Source of the DNA: Anaerolineae bacterium
GTDB lineage: Bacteria; Chloroflexota; Anaerolineae; B4-G1
Direction: 5' to 3'
DNA: 64,000 nucleotides
Assembly: GCA_046760785.1 (NCBI GenBank)
Contig: JBHIET010000002.1
Span: 17,052 to 81,051 of the forward strand
Shown here: in pieces, positions 35,638-45,345 of the stretch
How positions within the stretch are numbered: position 1 is the stretch's first letter
Layout of the letters: the number at the start of each line of letters is the position of its first letter
Position numbers and translations under genes: made by a program
Notes under the pieces: generated by a model
What the model saw: the letters and a program-made list of their open reading frames with translations, nothing else
Told to the model about the DNA's origin: nothing
Databases searched by the model: none

Positions 35638-38600
35638 GTGGTGATGAAAAAGCTAAGAGGACAGGGAATTGTCGAGTTTGCGCTGATCCTTCCGGTTCTA
35701 TTGCTCACCATACTTGGTATTGTCGAGGCTGCATTGGTTATCCAAGGCTACCTGGCTGTGCAGCACGCTGCGCGAGAGGCCGCGCGCTTTGCTGTCTCTT
35801 ATCAGCCGGTTCAGGGAGCCTGTTTGGATCAGGATGGAGACGGCGTGATTGAGGATGGCTACGAACCCTGGGACCCGGATGACCGGGCTCCGTATCCCTA
35901 CTGCCCGCTTGACCATGCGGCGTACCCGCAAGAATCTGACCAGCACTACTATGACCGGCGTGTGGAGCTTATCAAACTGGTGGCCCGCAACGCCGCGGCT
36001 GGGCTGCGCGTCAACGATGACCGCTTAGGTGACACGGAGCAGAAGTTCAGTATGTACGAGGACGAGCCGCGCTTCTTCGGAGTCCACGTGTGGGGCTACC
36101 CTTCGTTTGAGACCGACTGCAACGATCCAGTCGTGGCGGAGACCGAATGCCTTGATCACCCTGGATTAGAGGGATTGCCGGTGCGGGTCGTAGTTGTCCA
36201 CAACGTCGAAATCGTGGATCCGTTCTACCGGGTCGTGGCTGAGTACGTCCCGGTGCGGGGCGATGCACAGATGATCAACGAGGGCATCCAGGTCGGGTTC
36301 GGCGACGTACCACCGCCTTACTTTGAGACGAACCCCGATCTCGGAGAGCCGGATCCGTATGGCGATTATGACGATGATGGCGTTCCCAATGGAGTGGACA
36401 ACTGCCCCGACGTGTATAATCCAGGCCAGGAGGATTCCGACGGCGACGGAATAGGGGATGCGTGCGACTATGGTGGTCCCGGCGAGACGACACCGACGCC
36501 TGGGTACCCCAGCTTCTACGTCGAACTGAGTCCGGAACAAGCAACCAACGCCATGCCCGGCGATCGTGCTCACGAGTTTTTAGCGACAGTGACCGATGAT
36601 TGGGACCAGAGGGTGCAGGGAGCGCGGGTCAGTTTTGCCATAGGCGATACAGACGAGGGGGGGTTCAGTTACTCCGGTGGTGGCGCCAGATACGCCGAAT
36701 CGTGGACCAACGGTCTGGGGCAGGCCTTTATTACGCTTTACGGGAACGAGCCCGGGACGGCGAACCTCCGTGCCTGGTTGGATTATGATGGCGATGATAC
36801 GTGGGACCCCAACGAGCCTAGCGACACGGCGACCAAGGAGTGGACTGTCTCCGGGCCGTACATCACCGTCTCGAGCCACGACGTTATTGGCCTGGATTCC
36901 ATCCTGATTAACGTTATGGATCACGACCCGATCAGCAATCCCCACCGCTTGATGTGGTGCGTCATCTCTGGCACCAATACCTCGACCGCCGTGCGGCAAA
37001 CGCTCGACGTGGACGCTAACGGAGATGCGACTGACCTGGCCTTTACCGTACCGGATGGCAGCGAGGGGTTTTACAGGATAGAATCTCACTCCAACGGCGG
37101 TGGTTGTGGTGCGGACGATCTGGTCGCCTACTCGGCGGACATTCGCGCCAGGGTAGCTCTTCCCGATCTGCGCGTCGTTTCCATAGACATGCCGGATATG
37201 CTCTGTCCGAAGACCCAGTTCCCGATCACGGTTACCATCGAGAACGATTCCCCCGGCGGAACTGGTCAGACCTTCGATGTGGACTTCTACGTGGATCCTG
37301 CGAGTACGCCACCACGAAGCCCCCTGGGGCAGGTCAAGCGGTGGGTGGAAGGCCTCGGCCCCAACGAGACCACTGTGATGAACGTGGTGATGTGGGTGGA
37401 ATCCGCCGGCACGCACGAAATCTGGGTCCGGGTGGACACCTCCGACTACGTCGAGGAGGAGAACGAGGATACCGACAACGACGAGTACGTCTCCTTCGTC
37501 ACCGGGGGCTCCGGCCCCTCTGCTCCTCCTGGTATCACGCTGTGCGAGATTGACGGAGAGGCGGTGATCCCTGCTATCTGGCCTGACGCAAGCAACGAGG
37601 ATGGCTACTGGCTGACCGGTGCGTCCTCTGATGATACCGGCTGGCGCAACCCGAGTTCCAACGTGGCCGACGGTGGCAACGGCTTTGAGAGCAACCCGGG
37701 TGGTGCCTATGCCGACGGCGGCGGTTATGCCGCCAACTACAATGGTCGCAATCAGGGTCATCGTTACTACGACTATAGTTTCGGTATCCCATCCGGTGCA
37801 ACCATTCAGGGTATCAGGGTGCGCCTGGATGGGGCGGTTGACTCGACCGGCGGTTGGTGGGGTACTTGTAATAGCCGCTATGAGGTGCAACTATCCTGGG
37901 ATGGCGGAAGCAGTTGGACCAGTGCCCAATCAACTTCAAGCCTGAGAACCTGGTGGAATACATTCTACGTGGGTGGTCAGAGTGATCTCTGGGGGCATAC
38001 TTGGACTACGGATGAGCTTTCAAGTGCGAATTTCCGTGCTCGAATCACCTCCAGAGCTTCGTGTTGGGGGTGGGCGGACCCCGACAACAGAGACTTTTAT
38101 CTCGACTGGGTGCCGGTACGGGTGTGGTACGCTGCGTCCGCCGAGACTTATACAAAGACGTGGCAGGTATCTTCGTACAGCGGTGTGCCCACAATGCTGG
38201 GCCTCGACGACGAAGGGCACAACTTCGACCACTGGTACGACTTCGATGACCCGCCTACTGACGATAAAGACCCGCCGGTCCTCAAGTACAGCGTGTACTT
38301 CGAGAATCCCGGCAATTACCAGGTGTGGGTGCGCGGACGGCCCTGTGCCGAATCTGGCCGCGGCTGCACGCAGGGTTACTCCAGCAACAACTCCACCTGG
38401 GTCTCGTTCGATGGCAAGCCCAATAACGACAACTACCGCATCACCACCTGGGGCCAGGGCGGTTTGGCCTGGCAGAGTGGGGCCACGCTGAACGTCGGCA
38501 GCGCCGGCGTCCACGAGATCCAGGTGCGCATGCGGGAGGATGGCTTCGAGTGGGCCAAACTGGTGCTGACCAGCGGCACTCCGCCTGGAGGAAGCGATGA

Positions 38601-39546
38601 CCCGGCTGCCACCGAGTGTGGTGGATGTCCGGAGGGAACCGATCCCCCGCCCTGGGATGAGACGGGCAAACCGCCTGGTATGGTCGAGTGCCAGCAGTTG
38701 TTCCACGAGGGAGACTTTGAGGGCAGCTTCAGCGAGATATACACCTACTGGCACGCCGGTGAAGAGGATGATGCCTACCACATTGGGCCGGACGAGTACT
38801 ACAATGGCACCCTCTCTATGCGGCTGCACGCCGCACTGGGTTCTCTTCCTTACTGTCCACCTTTTTCCCCGTGGCTATATCAGACGGTGCAGATTCCGAG
38901 CGAGGTCTACACACTGACGACCATGGTTGTGCGGGGACAGCGGTTCGTGGGAGAAGGGAAGTCGGGTTGTTGTACTGGTTCTACCGACGCCGCCGACGTA
39001 TTGTCCCTGCACATGAGGGATGCCAGTGGCACCCAGTATCTGGGCGACCCTGTGGAGATCGTCAACGGAGGTGCGGCGGGGGCGTGGGCGCCTTTCGAGA
39101 TAGACGTGTCGGACGCGATCAGTATTGCCGAGAACCCTGGCGTGGATGTGCAGGTCTTTTTCACCGCCACGCACGATAGTGACGCCGACTGTACGTATTT
39201 CTACCTGGACGCGCTGCAATGTGAGGTGTGCACCGAATGGCCTATTCCTGATGATGTGCCCGGTACGGCCTCCATCGGCGGAGACGCGCGGGTGCTGTCG
39301 GGTGGCACTCCCCAGAGCCTTCCGGGCGTGGACGTGTGGGCCTATGGTGAGGGTGAGGATGGATCCCATTATCAATATCATACCTACACCATTCACGATG
39401 GCAGCTACCATTTCTACAACATCGAGCCGGGCACCTATACCATCTACGCGGAAACCTGGGTTGGGGACGTGCTCCGTACTTCGACGACGATGGTGACGGT
39501 GGGAGTTAATGAGCGCAACTACAACGTGGGTCTGTTCCTGATGTAG
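35638..39546 (+). CDS. Giant TadE-like pseudopilin fused to a ~1250-aa adhesin-like extension (thrombospondin type-3 Ca-binding repeats, Ig-like and carboxypeptidase-regulatory-like beta-sandwich domains)
   Basis: N-terminus MKKLRGQG|IVEFALILPVLLLTILGIVEAALVIQGYLAVQHAAREAARFAV is a TadE/TadG-type class III signal + pseudopilin domain. DDDGVPNGVDNCPDVYNPGQEDSDGDGIGDACD is a TSP3-like repeat. C-terminal YHTYTIHDGSYHFYNIEPGTYTIYAETWVGDV is CarbopepD_reg-like. RBS AAGGAGGGTGGTG. Confidence 0.75.
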   Translation: MVMKKLRGQGIVEFALILPVLLLTILGIVEAALVIQGYLAVQHAAREAARFAVSYQPVQGACLDQDGDGVIEDGYEPWDPDDRAPYPYCPLDHAAYPQESDQHYYDRRVELIKLVARNAAAGLRVNDDRLGDTEQKFSMYEDEPRFFGVHVWGYPSFETDCNDPVVAETECLDHPGLEGLPVRVVVVHNVEIVDPFYRVVAEYVPVRGDAQMINEGIQVGFGDVPPPYFETNPDLGEPDPYGDYDDDGVPNGVDNCPDVYNPGQEDSDGDGIGDACDYGGPGETTPTPGYPSFYVELSPEQATNAMPGDRAHEFLATVTDDWDQRVQGARVSFAIGDTDEGGFSYSGGGARYAESWTNGLGQAFITLYGNEPGTANLRAWLDYDGDDTWDPNEPSDTATKEWTVSGPYITVSSHDVIGLDSILINVMDHDPISNPHRLMWCVISGTNTSTAVRQTLDVDANGDATDLAFTVPDGSEGFYRIESHSNGGGCGADDLVAYSADIRARVALPDLRVVSIDMPDMLCPKTQFPITVTIENDSPGGTGQTFDVDFYVDPASTPPRSPLGQVKRWVEGLGPNETTVMNVVMWVESAGTHEIWVRVDTSDYVEEENEDTDNDEYVSFVTGGSGPSAPPGITLCEIDGEAVIPAIWPDASNEDGYWLTGASSDDTGWRNPSSNVADGGNGFESNPGGAYADGGGYAANYNGRNQGHRYYDYSFGIPSGATIQGIRVRLDGAVDSTGGWWGTCNSRYEVQLSWDGGSSWTSAQSTSSLRTWWNTFYVGGQSDLWGHTWTTDELSSANFRARITSRASCWGWADPDNRDFYLDWVPVRVWYAASAETYTKTWQVSSYSGVPTMLGLDDEGHNFDHWYDFDDPPTDDKDPPVLKYSVYFENPGNYQVWVRGRPCAESGRGCTQGYSSNNSTWVSFDGKPNNDNYRITTWGQGGLAWQSGATLNVGSAGVHEIQVRMREDGFEWAKLVLTSGTPPGGSDDPAATECGGCPEGTDPPPWDETGKPPGMVECQQLFHEGDFEGSFSEIYTYWHAGEEDDAYHIGPDEYYNGTLSMRLHAALGSLPYCPPFSPWLYQTVQIPSEVYTLTTMVVRGQRFVGEGKSGCCTGSTDAADVLSLHMRDASGTQYLGDPVEIVNGGAAGAWAPFEIDVSDAISIAENPGVDVQVFFTATHDSDADCTYFYLDALQCEVCTEWPIPDDVPGTASIGGDARVLSGGTPQSLPGVDVWAYGEGEDGSHYQYHTYTIHDGSYHFYNIEPGTYTIYAETWVGDVLRTSTTMVTVGVNERNYNVGLFLM

Positions 39547-39587
39547 TAAGACCCTAGGAGTCTCGGTAGCACTGGGGAGGTGGGGTA

Positions 39588-41051
39588 TTGGCGAAATGGA
39601 GGATGAATTATTTGACGAAGTTGAGGGGGCGCAGGCAGGGCGCAATGGCCGTGCTGGCGGGCGGGCTGGCGGCGGCCCTGACGGCAATGTTGATGGCCGT
39701 GGCGCTGGCCGCACCCCGGATGGACTTCAACCATAGTTATCTCAACCTGTCGGATACGGAGACGAGCTCGGTCCGCCCGGACCTGGCAGTGAGCCCCGAC
39801 GGCAACCGGGCGGCTGTGGTCTGGACAGAGGCGCCCACTGTCACCGACATGGCCGACGTTTATCTGCGCGTTTTCTCGTTCGGCAATTGGGGGGGCAAGG
39901 TCGTTGTCTTCTCCTACTCTGGAGAACCTGATGCCCCCTGTGCCTATAATGCGGCTGTGGCGGCCACAAATAGCCAGGCCCGCGTGGTTTACGTCTTGTT
40001 TGGCAAGTGTGGCGATATGGCCGCCGGGGCGGAGGTGCGCTATGCTACGTGCTCCCTACCCAGCGGGCCGTGCACCGATAGAGGAACAGTGGTTTCTGTT
40101 TCCGCGCCCCAAAGAATCCTCTGGGTGGACCTGGCATTGGACACAGGCGGGAATCCCCACGTGGTGTGGGCCCAGTACGCCAATGAGACCGCTCCTGGCA
40201 AGATCAAGTATCGAGCTTACGATGGCACCAGTTGGGGTGGCATAGAAGACGTTGGGGGAGGGGGAGAGGACGGCTACATGCCTGCCATTGCCTGGGCTAA
40301 CGGCTATGCCCACGTGGTCTGGCGGGAAGGGCAAATGGGAGGGCCTTACGATCCTGCCTACGTCAAGTATAGGGGGAATTCGGGTTCAGGGTGGAGTGGG
40401 TCTGATTTCAGCCAGCCAGGGTTCGATTTAGGTAATCCTGACGTGGCGGCCTGGGGAAGCAGGGTATTCGTCGTGTGGGACCAGTGTTGCGAATACACAA
40501 ACCCCTCTCCCACTTATTTGCCTTGTGAAAAGTACTACCTGGTGTACCGGCGCTCAAACGAAAATGGCACGAACTGGCCTTACAATCCACGCGAGGTGGG
40601 TACAGACTACACGGCTCTTAATGTGAAGTACTATTCTGTTGACGATACGATTGATTGGTGGGGGAAGCAGTATTTGTCATTCCTCCGCCCGTCCATTGCG
40701 CTGAACGACGAAGGCTGGCCCGCCGTCGCGTGGCACGCGGATGCCAGCCCAACCCCGGGGGATCGGGAGGTATACACTGTTCGCTATACTTATTCCACCG
40801 GGGTTAAGCCTAGTGACGGGGTGACCTGGACCAGCACGATCACTGTGGGCCAGTTCCGTATGCTGGGTTCTGCCGCGATCGGCGTGGCAGGGGGGGAAGG
40901 CGGAGGGCAGCAACTGCACGTCGCTGAGATGCAACCGTTCCTGGATAAGACGTGGGGAGACGTCTACCACGACTACTACGACTACTACACAGGTGGAGGG
41001 GGGCCGCGCTTCAAATACATCTATCTGCCGTTGGTGTTCAGGAACCATTAG
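39588..41051 (+). CDS. Secreted beta-propeller repeat protein (sialidase/BNR-like blades) with signal peptide and conserved C-terminal tail
   Basis: RRQGAMAVLAGGLAAALTAMLMAVALAAP signal peptide. Repeated blade-like strands (AAVVWTE, HVVWAQY, HVVWREG, VFVVWDQ, AVAWHAD). C-terminus KYIYLPLVFRNH. Confidence 0.55.
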   Translation: MAKWRMNYLTKLRGRRQGAMAVLAGGLAAALTAMLMAVALAAPRMDFNHSYLNLSDTETSSVRPDLAVSPDGNRAAVVWTEAPTVTDMADVYLRVFSFGNWGGKVVVFSYSGEPDAPCAYNAAVAATNSQARVVYVLFGKCGDMAAGAEVRYATCSLPSGPCTDRGTVVSVSAPQRILWVDLALDTGGNPHVVWAQYANETAPGKIKYRAYDGTSWGGIEDVGGGGEDGYMPAIAWANGYAHVVWREGQMGGPYDPAYVKYRGNSGSGWSGSDFSQPGFDLGNPDVAAWGSRVFVVWDQCCEYTNPSPTYLPCEKYYLVYRRSNENGTNWPYNPREVGTDYTALNVKYYSVDDTIDWWGKQYLSFLRPSIALNDEGWPAVAWHADASPTPGDREVYTVRYTYSTGVKPSDGVTWTSTITVGQFRMLGSAAIGVAGGEGGGQQLHVAEMQPFLDKTWGDVYHDYYDYYTGGGGPRFKYIYLPLVFRNH

Positions 41052-41123
41052 CTGCGGCGAATTCACTCATGATCTGTAACTGCTTAGGCTCATGCTATAC
41101 TATGTGTCCAGGCCACTTCACAC

Positions 41124-41171
41124 GTCATTCCGAGGAGCGAGGCGACGCGCCCTTCGGGCGCTCGTAATGAC
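41124..41171. repeat. Imperfect palindromic element GTCATTCCGAGGAGCGAGGCGACGCGCCCTTCGGGCGCTCGTAATGAC with a perfect inner GC hairpin
   Basis: Outer arms gtcatt/aatgac and cgag/ctcg. Inner gcgccc-ttcg-gggcgc. Lies downstream of the 39588 gene. No U tract. Confidence 0.4.
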
Positions 41172-41215
41172 GCCGGCTGAGTAGCAACCAATCTTGACAG
41201 AGTGCACGGGGGGCG

Positions 41216-41827
41216 ATGACTAAGGGTTCTGGCAGGCGCTGGATGTTGTTGCTGGGGGTAGGCCTGATCCTGCTGGTGGTGGTGGGGTTGTTGTTCTACG
41301 GCCAGTTGGCCGGGCCAGCCGCCTTTTCATCGGTGACGGGGTTGGCCAGCTATGGAGTCACCGCTCGCCAGGCACTCGCTCCCGCGGCCGAGTTCGCGGC
41401 GCAGTGGCGGGAGGATGCGCAGTTGGCTGTTGCTTCCTGTCATCGGCGGGCGGTGGGGAGGCAGCCGGAGGCCGAAATTGAGTGGGCCTTTCAATTCTTC
41501 TCGCCCGCTACCCAGCGTCTGGCCCTTGTCACGGTGGCCGGTGGGAAGGCGCGTATGGTGCGGGAGGGTCTGAGCCCCTACGTGGTACCCACGTTTTCCA
41601 CCGAGGAATGGCTGGTGGATAGCGACCAGGCGCTGCAGGTGTGGTGGGATAGGGGAGGGAGCACCGTGTTGGAGCAGCGTCCGGATACGGACCTGGCGAT
41701 GGAGTTGCGTGTGTCGGACGAGGGGGGCGAGTATCCGGTCTGGATCGTGGCCGGGCTGGTTGAAGGCGCGGAGAACGCCTTCATCGTCAGGGTGAATGCC
41801 ACCAATGGGGCATTGGTGGAGCCGTGA
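41216..41827 (+). CDS. Membrane-anchored hypothetical protein of the Tad locus
   Basis: N-terminal TM (WMLLLGVGLILLVVVGLLFY), then a ~170-aa soluble domain. No recognisable family. Confidence 0.45.
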   Translation: MTKGSGRRWMLLLGVGLILLVVVGLLFYGQLAGPAAFSSVTGLASYGVTARQALAPAAEFAAQWREDAQLAVASCHRRAVGRQPEAEIEWAFQFFSPATQRLALVTVAGGKARMVREGLSPYVVPTFSTEEWLVDSDQALQVWWDRGGSTVLEQRPDTDLAMELRVSDEGGEYPVWIVAGLVEGAENAFIVRVNATNGALVEP

Positions 41828-41895
41828 TGAGGGATGATGGGGGAACTGTCGCAGAAGGTGATTTTCTATCGGCAGTGAGTGTGGGGAGGTGTTGG

Positions 41896-42573
41896 ATGAA
41901 CGAGTGGAGAGCCAAACGTGGTCAGGGGTTGGTGGAGTTCGCTATCATGCTCCCTATCCTCTTGCTCCTGCTGGTCGGCCTTGCGGAGTTGGGATTTGCG
42001 CTGCGGGACTATCTCGTCGTCGTCAACGCGGACCGTGAGGGCTGCCGTTTTGCAGCCCGGGGCCGCTTCAGCGATGAGCACGTCGTCGAGCGGGTGGTCA
42101 GCGCTGGCGGGGTTGTCCGCCGGGCCGGCCTCGACGTGCCGTTCCTGCGCACGCACGGTACGGAACCAAACATGGGCGTGATCATCACTCACATCGTGAT
42201 GAGCCCTACCGGTGAGATCATCTCGTACACCACGGCATATTCCGGCGTGGTGTCGAGTGGGGGGACGAGTGTGCGCCCCGTCAATCCCTACTCGGACACG
42301 CTGGTTTCGCGCGCTGAGATTCGCGATGCCCAGGGTGCTACCACGCAGGACATCGCTACACTGCGCGCGGCGGGGGGGTTTATGCAAATGGAAAGGCACC
42401 GCATCGTTGTGGTGGAGGTCTTCTTCGTTCACCACCCGCTGTGGGGGAGTATGCTCAACCACCTGAGCTTCGGAGCTGTGCCTGGTGATCCTTGGAATAT
42501 GTACGCTATGACGGAGATGCGGGTGGTCACGGATCGGGAAGGGGGGACGCGCAGCTCTTTGAATATGCGGTGA
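41896..42573 (+). CDS. tadE: TadE-like pseudopilin
   Basis: MNEWRAKRGQG|LVEFAIMLPILLLLLVGLAELGFALRDYLVVVNADREGCRFAARG. RBS GGGGAGGTG 5 nt upstream of the ATG at 41896. The six-frame ORF extends to 41824. Confidence 0.8.
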   Translation: MNEWRAKRGQGLVEFAIMLPILLLLLVGLAELGFALRDYLVVVNADREGCRFAARGRFSDEHVVERVVSAGGVVRRAGLDVPFLRTHGTEPNMGVIITHIVMSPTGEIISYTTAYSGVVSSGGTSVRPVNPYSDTLVSRAEIRDAQGATTQDIATLRAAGGFMQMERHRIVVVEVFFVHHPLWGSMLNHLSFGAVPGDPWNMYAMTEMRVVTDREGGTRSSLNMR

Positions 42574-42802
42574 CGTGTGGTGAAGCATGCAAGAGTATTA
42601 CGCAAAAGCGACACATTGGCTCCCAAAAGCTCCGAGCCCTCATCGCCGGGGGCGGGTTTGCAGGACGAATCTCGCCTGTGATGCCCCCGAGACGGGGGCT
42701 GTGAGCAGGGAAGTGTGACTTTTGCCCCAATACGTAGGGTGGACGATCCCACGGGGTCTGTGGTGTTCTGGGTATGAGGCGGGGTGAGACTGGAGGTGAG
42801 TG

Positions 42803-45049
42803 ATGAGGAAAACAATTGCGCGGTGGTGGCAGAGACTGCGGGCTGGCGGGATGGTGCTGCACGAGCGCCAGCAGGGACAGACCTTGATTCTTATCGTTTT
42901 TGCCTTCATCGGTATCCTGGCTTTCATCGGCCTGGGTGTTGACCTGGCGAACGTTTACACCGAGCGCGTGAAAGTGGCGCGGGCCGCCGACGCGGCCGCT
43001 CTGGCGGCGGCTGCGGAACTGCCCCTGGAGGATGCAGCGAAGGAGTGCGCCCTGGCCTACTTGCAGGAGAACGGGTATGATCATACCATCACGGGCACGG
43101 TGCGGTTGCTGGTTGATGGTGTGCAGGTCTCTGGTCCGCCGGAGGCGGACGCCATGACCACGATTTGGATTGATACCGCCTATGCGCGGAAGCCGCCGAG
43201 CTACCTTGAAGATACACCGGATCGCATCAAGGTGCGGGTCAAGCGGGAGGTTTTTATGATGTTTATGCAGTTCGTCGGCTTCACGCACTTCCCGGTTGAG
43301 GCCACCGCCGAGGCGGAGAACATCACCAGCATTGATACCGTCATCGTCTACGATAAGTCCGGCTCGATGGAGTTTGACACACTGTGCTACGGCTGCTGGG
43401 AACCGGTTGCGGGTCAGATGTACCCTGGCGGCGACATCTATCCGCTGCACTGGTCTGAGATCACTACTATGACCGCGGACCACTGCGCAGGCTGGAATAC
43501 TGAGACCCAAACCTACGACTGTGGCAATTACACCAGCTACGACTCCACCTACGACCACAATAACTGCAACTATCGCCATCACACGCAAACCAGCAGATAC
43601 TGGATCGTCATCGAAGCCGAGGAGTACTCGCGGCTCAGCGTGGATTACCACAGATACGCCTACACGCCCGGCAAGACCTACTGGGTCGTGCAACACAACG
43701 GGCATGGTGCCTTATATGGCCGCCCCGGAGCTGTCCACGGCGCTTATCTCACGCACCATCCCTACTACGTCTTCGACGAGGGGGACAGGGAGGTTGACCT
43801 GGGTGTGTCCTGCGTCCAGAGCGCTGTAGAGGATGGGGTCTGCAAGTACGGGGTGCCAGGTGGGCCCTTCAAAGCCCCACGGGCTGATTACGACTTCTAC
43901 GCACCCGGATCGGGTACCCATACCTACTATTTCTGGATTCGGGGCCAGGGTGGCCAGACGACCGATGACGATCACATTTTCTGGGGTGTGGATAAGCCGG
44001 ATCCACCTGGGTCGGTGGGCGTAGCGGACTGGTTTTCCAGGGATACCGGCATCAACTACGATGGCGCCGATTCGGGCGAGTGGGAGTGGCGCAAACTTGG
44101 GCAGGCTTCGCTCTCGCAGGGCACCCATACGCTGAACCTGTGGGCCGGTGGGGCCGGTTTCGACGTGGACCGCATCGTCATCTCGACGTACGACAGTGGT
44201 AGTACCCCGCCATGGGACATACAAGACATACCCCCGAATAACGGGCGCACTGACTGGGCCTGTGCTCCGTGCGACCCGCGCTTCGCCGGGCGGCCGGGTG
44301 GGCAGACCCCGCCTGCAGGCCCCTATCGCCCTGACTGCGCCATAGACCTGCGGAGCGATGACATCTACGACGACGAGCAGCCCATCCGGGCCGCGTTGGA
44401 GGCGGCCAAGAACTTCGTCGCCCGGCTGAATCCCCGCTTCGACCAGATCGGCTACGTGCGGTATTCCGGCAGCGTGGAGATCGCGAATGAACTGGAATGT
44501 TTGCGGCACCGGGGCCCGGAGGATGTTGAAGGCAACCCTGCCTGTAACCCGGATTGGAGCGATCCCGGTGGGGAGCCTCCCCGTGACCCTGACTGTGGCT
44601 GTTTCGCGGGGGTGATCACCGATACGGTGCTCTACGAACTGGACGTCACTCGCGCCGGCGGCAGCACGAACATCGCTGGCGGGATCGAGCAAGGCATTGA
44701 TGTGCTGAGCACGGGTGGAAGCCACTACGGGCGTCCGGGGGCGGCCCACGTCATGGTACTGATGACCGACGGGGAGGCTAATGTGCGACCCAACAACTAT
44801 TGTGACGACGAGGACCTGTGGCCTGAAGGGGGAGGGGCCAAGGACTGTGTGGTGTACTACGCCCAGGAAGCCCGCGATAACGCCATCGTCATCTACACCA
44901 TCAGCCTGGGCTGGTCGGCAGACCGGGAGCTGATGGGCTACGTGGCCGATCTCACCGGCGGGGAACACTTCTTTGCCCCCTCGCCCGACAAGCTGGATCC
45001 GATCTTCGACGACCTGTTTGAACGCATCTTCCTGCGGCTGGTCCACTAG
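42803..45049 (+). CDS. TadG-like pilus-associated protein with C-terminal von Willebrand factor A domain
   Basis: N-terminus ...QGQTLILIVFAFIGILAFIGLGVDLANVYTERVKVARAADAAALAAA (Tad/TadG N-domain). VIVYDKSGSM (MIDAS DxSxS) and LMTDGEAN (vWA). RBS GGAGGTGAG. Confidence 0.8.
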   Translation: MRKTIARWWQRLRAGGMVLHERQQGQTLILIVFAFIGILAFIGLGVDLANVYTERVKVARAADAAALAAAAELPLEDAAKECALAYLQENGYDHTITGTVRLLVDGVQVSGPPEADAMTTIWIDTAYARKPPSYLEDTPDRIKVRVKREVFMMFMQFVGFTHFPVEATAEAENITSIDTVIVYDKSGSMEFDTLCYGCWEPVAGQMYPGGDIYPLHWSEITTMTADHCAGWNTETQTYDCGNYTSYDSTYDHNNCNYRHHTQTSRYWIVIEAEEYSRLSVDYHRYAYTPGKTYWVVQHNGHGALYGRPGAVHGAYLTHHPYYVFDEGDREVDLGVSCVQSAVEDGVCKYGVPGGPFKAPRADYDFYAPGSGTHTYYFWIRGQGGQTTDDDHIFWGVDKPDPPGSVGVADWFSRDTGINYDGADSGEWEWRKLGQASLSQGTHTLNLWAGGAGFDVDRIVISTYDSGSTPPWDIQDIPPNNGRTDWACAPCDPRFAGRPGGQTPPAGPYRPDCAIDLRSDDIYDDEQPIRAALEAAKNFVARLNPRFDQIGYVRYSGSVEIANELECLRHRGPEDVEGNPACNPDWSDPGGEPPRDPDCGCFAGVITDTVLYELDVTRAGGSTNIAGGIEQGIDVLSTGGSHYGRPGAAHVMVLMTDGEANVRPNNYCDDEDLWPEGGGAKDCVVYYAQEARDNAIVIYTISLGWSADRELMGYVADLTGGEHFFAPSPDKLDPIFDDLFERIFLRLVH

Positions 45050-45134
45050 GCGGGCCCAGATCGCGGGCGTGGTTTCCCGTGTGAGGGGTGCGGCCTTGGC
45101 GTTGATGTGGCGCAAAAGCTAGTTTGAGGGAGAG

Positions 45135-45180
45135 CAGAGTCTCGGGCCGGCAGAAAGCCCGGGACTCTGTTTGGGTTGCT
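45135..45180 (+). terminator. Intrinsic terminator after the TadG-vWA gene
   Basis: cagagtctcgggc cggcagaaa gcccgggactctg tttgggttg. Confidence 0.55.
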
Positions 45181-45251
45181 CAAGAGAGCACGTGGGGCGA
45201 ACGGCGTCTTTACACGCTCGAAAAGCGGGCTATTGCTTCGCGTCGCAATGC

Positions 45252-45280
45252 TTGACATTCTGGCGATAAACCGGTATTAT
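45252..45280 (+). promoter_or_regulatory. sigma70-type promoter TTGACA-N17-TATTAT for the cpaB-tadZ-cpaF-tadBC operon
   Basis: cttgacattctggcgataaaccggtattat, read directly. Confidence 0.55.
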
Positions 45281-45345
45281 TAAGTCAGCGGCTAGCAGTC
45301 AGCCACAATGCGACCAACAGCTAATGGCTGGGAAAGGGAGACAAC

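Noticed and set aside
39588-39700. N-terminus of the beta-propeller protein as a TadG-like pseudopilin
   Set aside because: RRQGAMAVLAGG…ALAAP fits an ordinary Sec/Tat-type signal peptide with an AxA cleavage site. It does not fit the G|xVEFAL pseudopilin motif seen in flp, the giant TadE and tadE.
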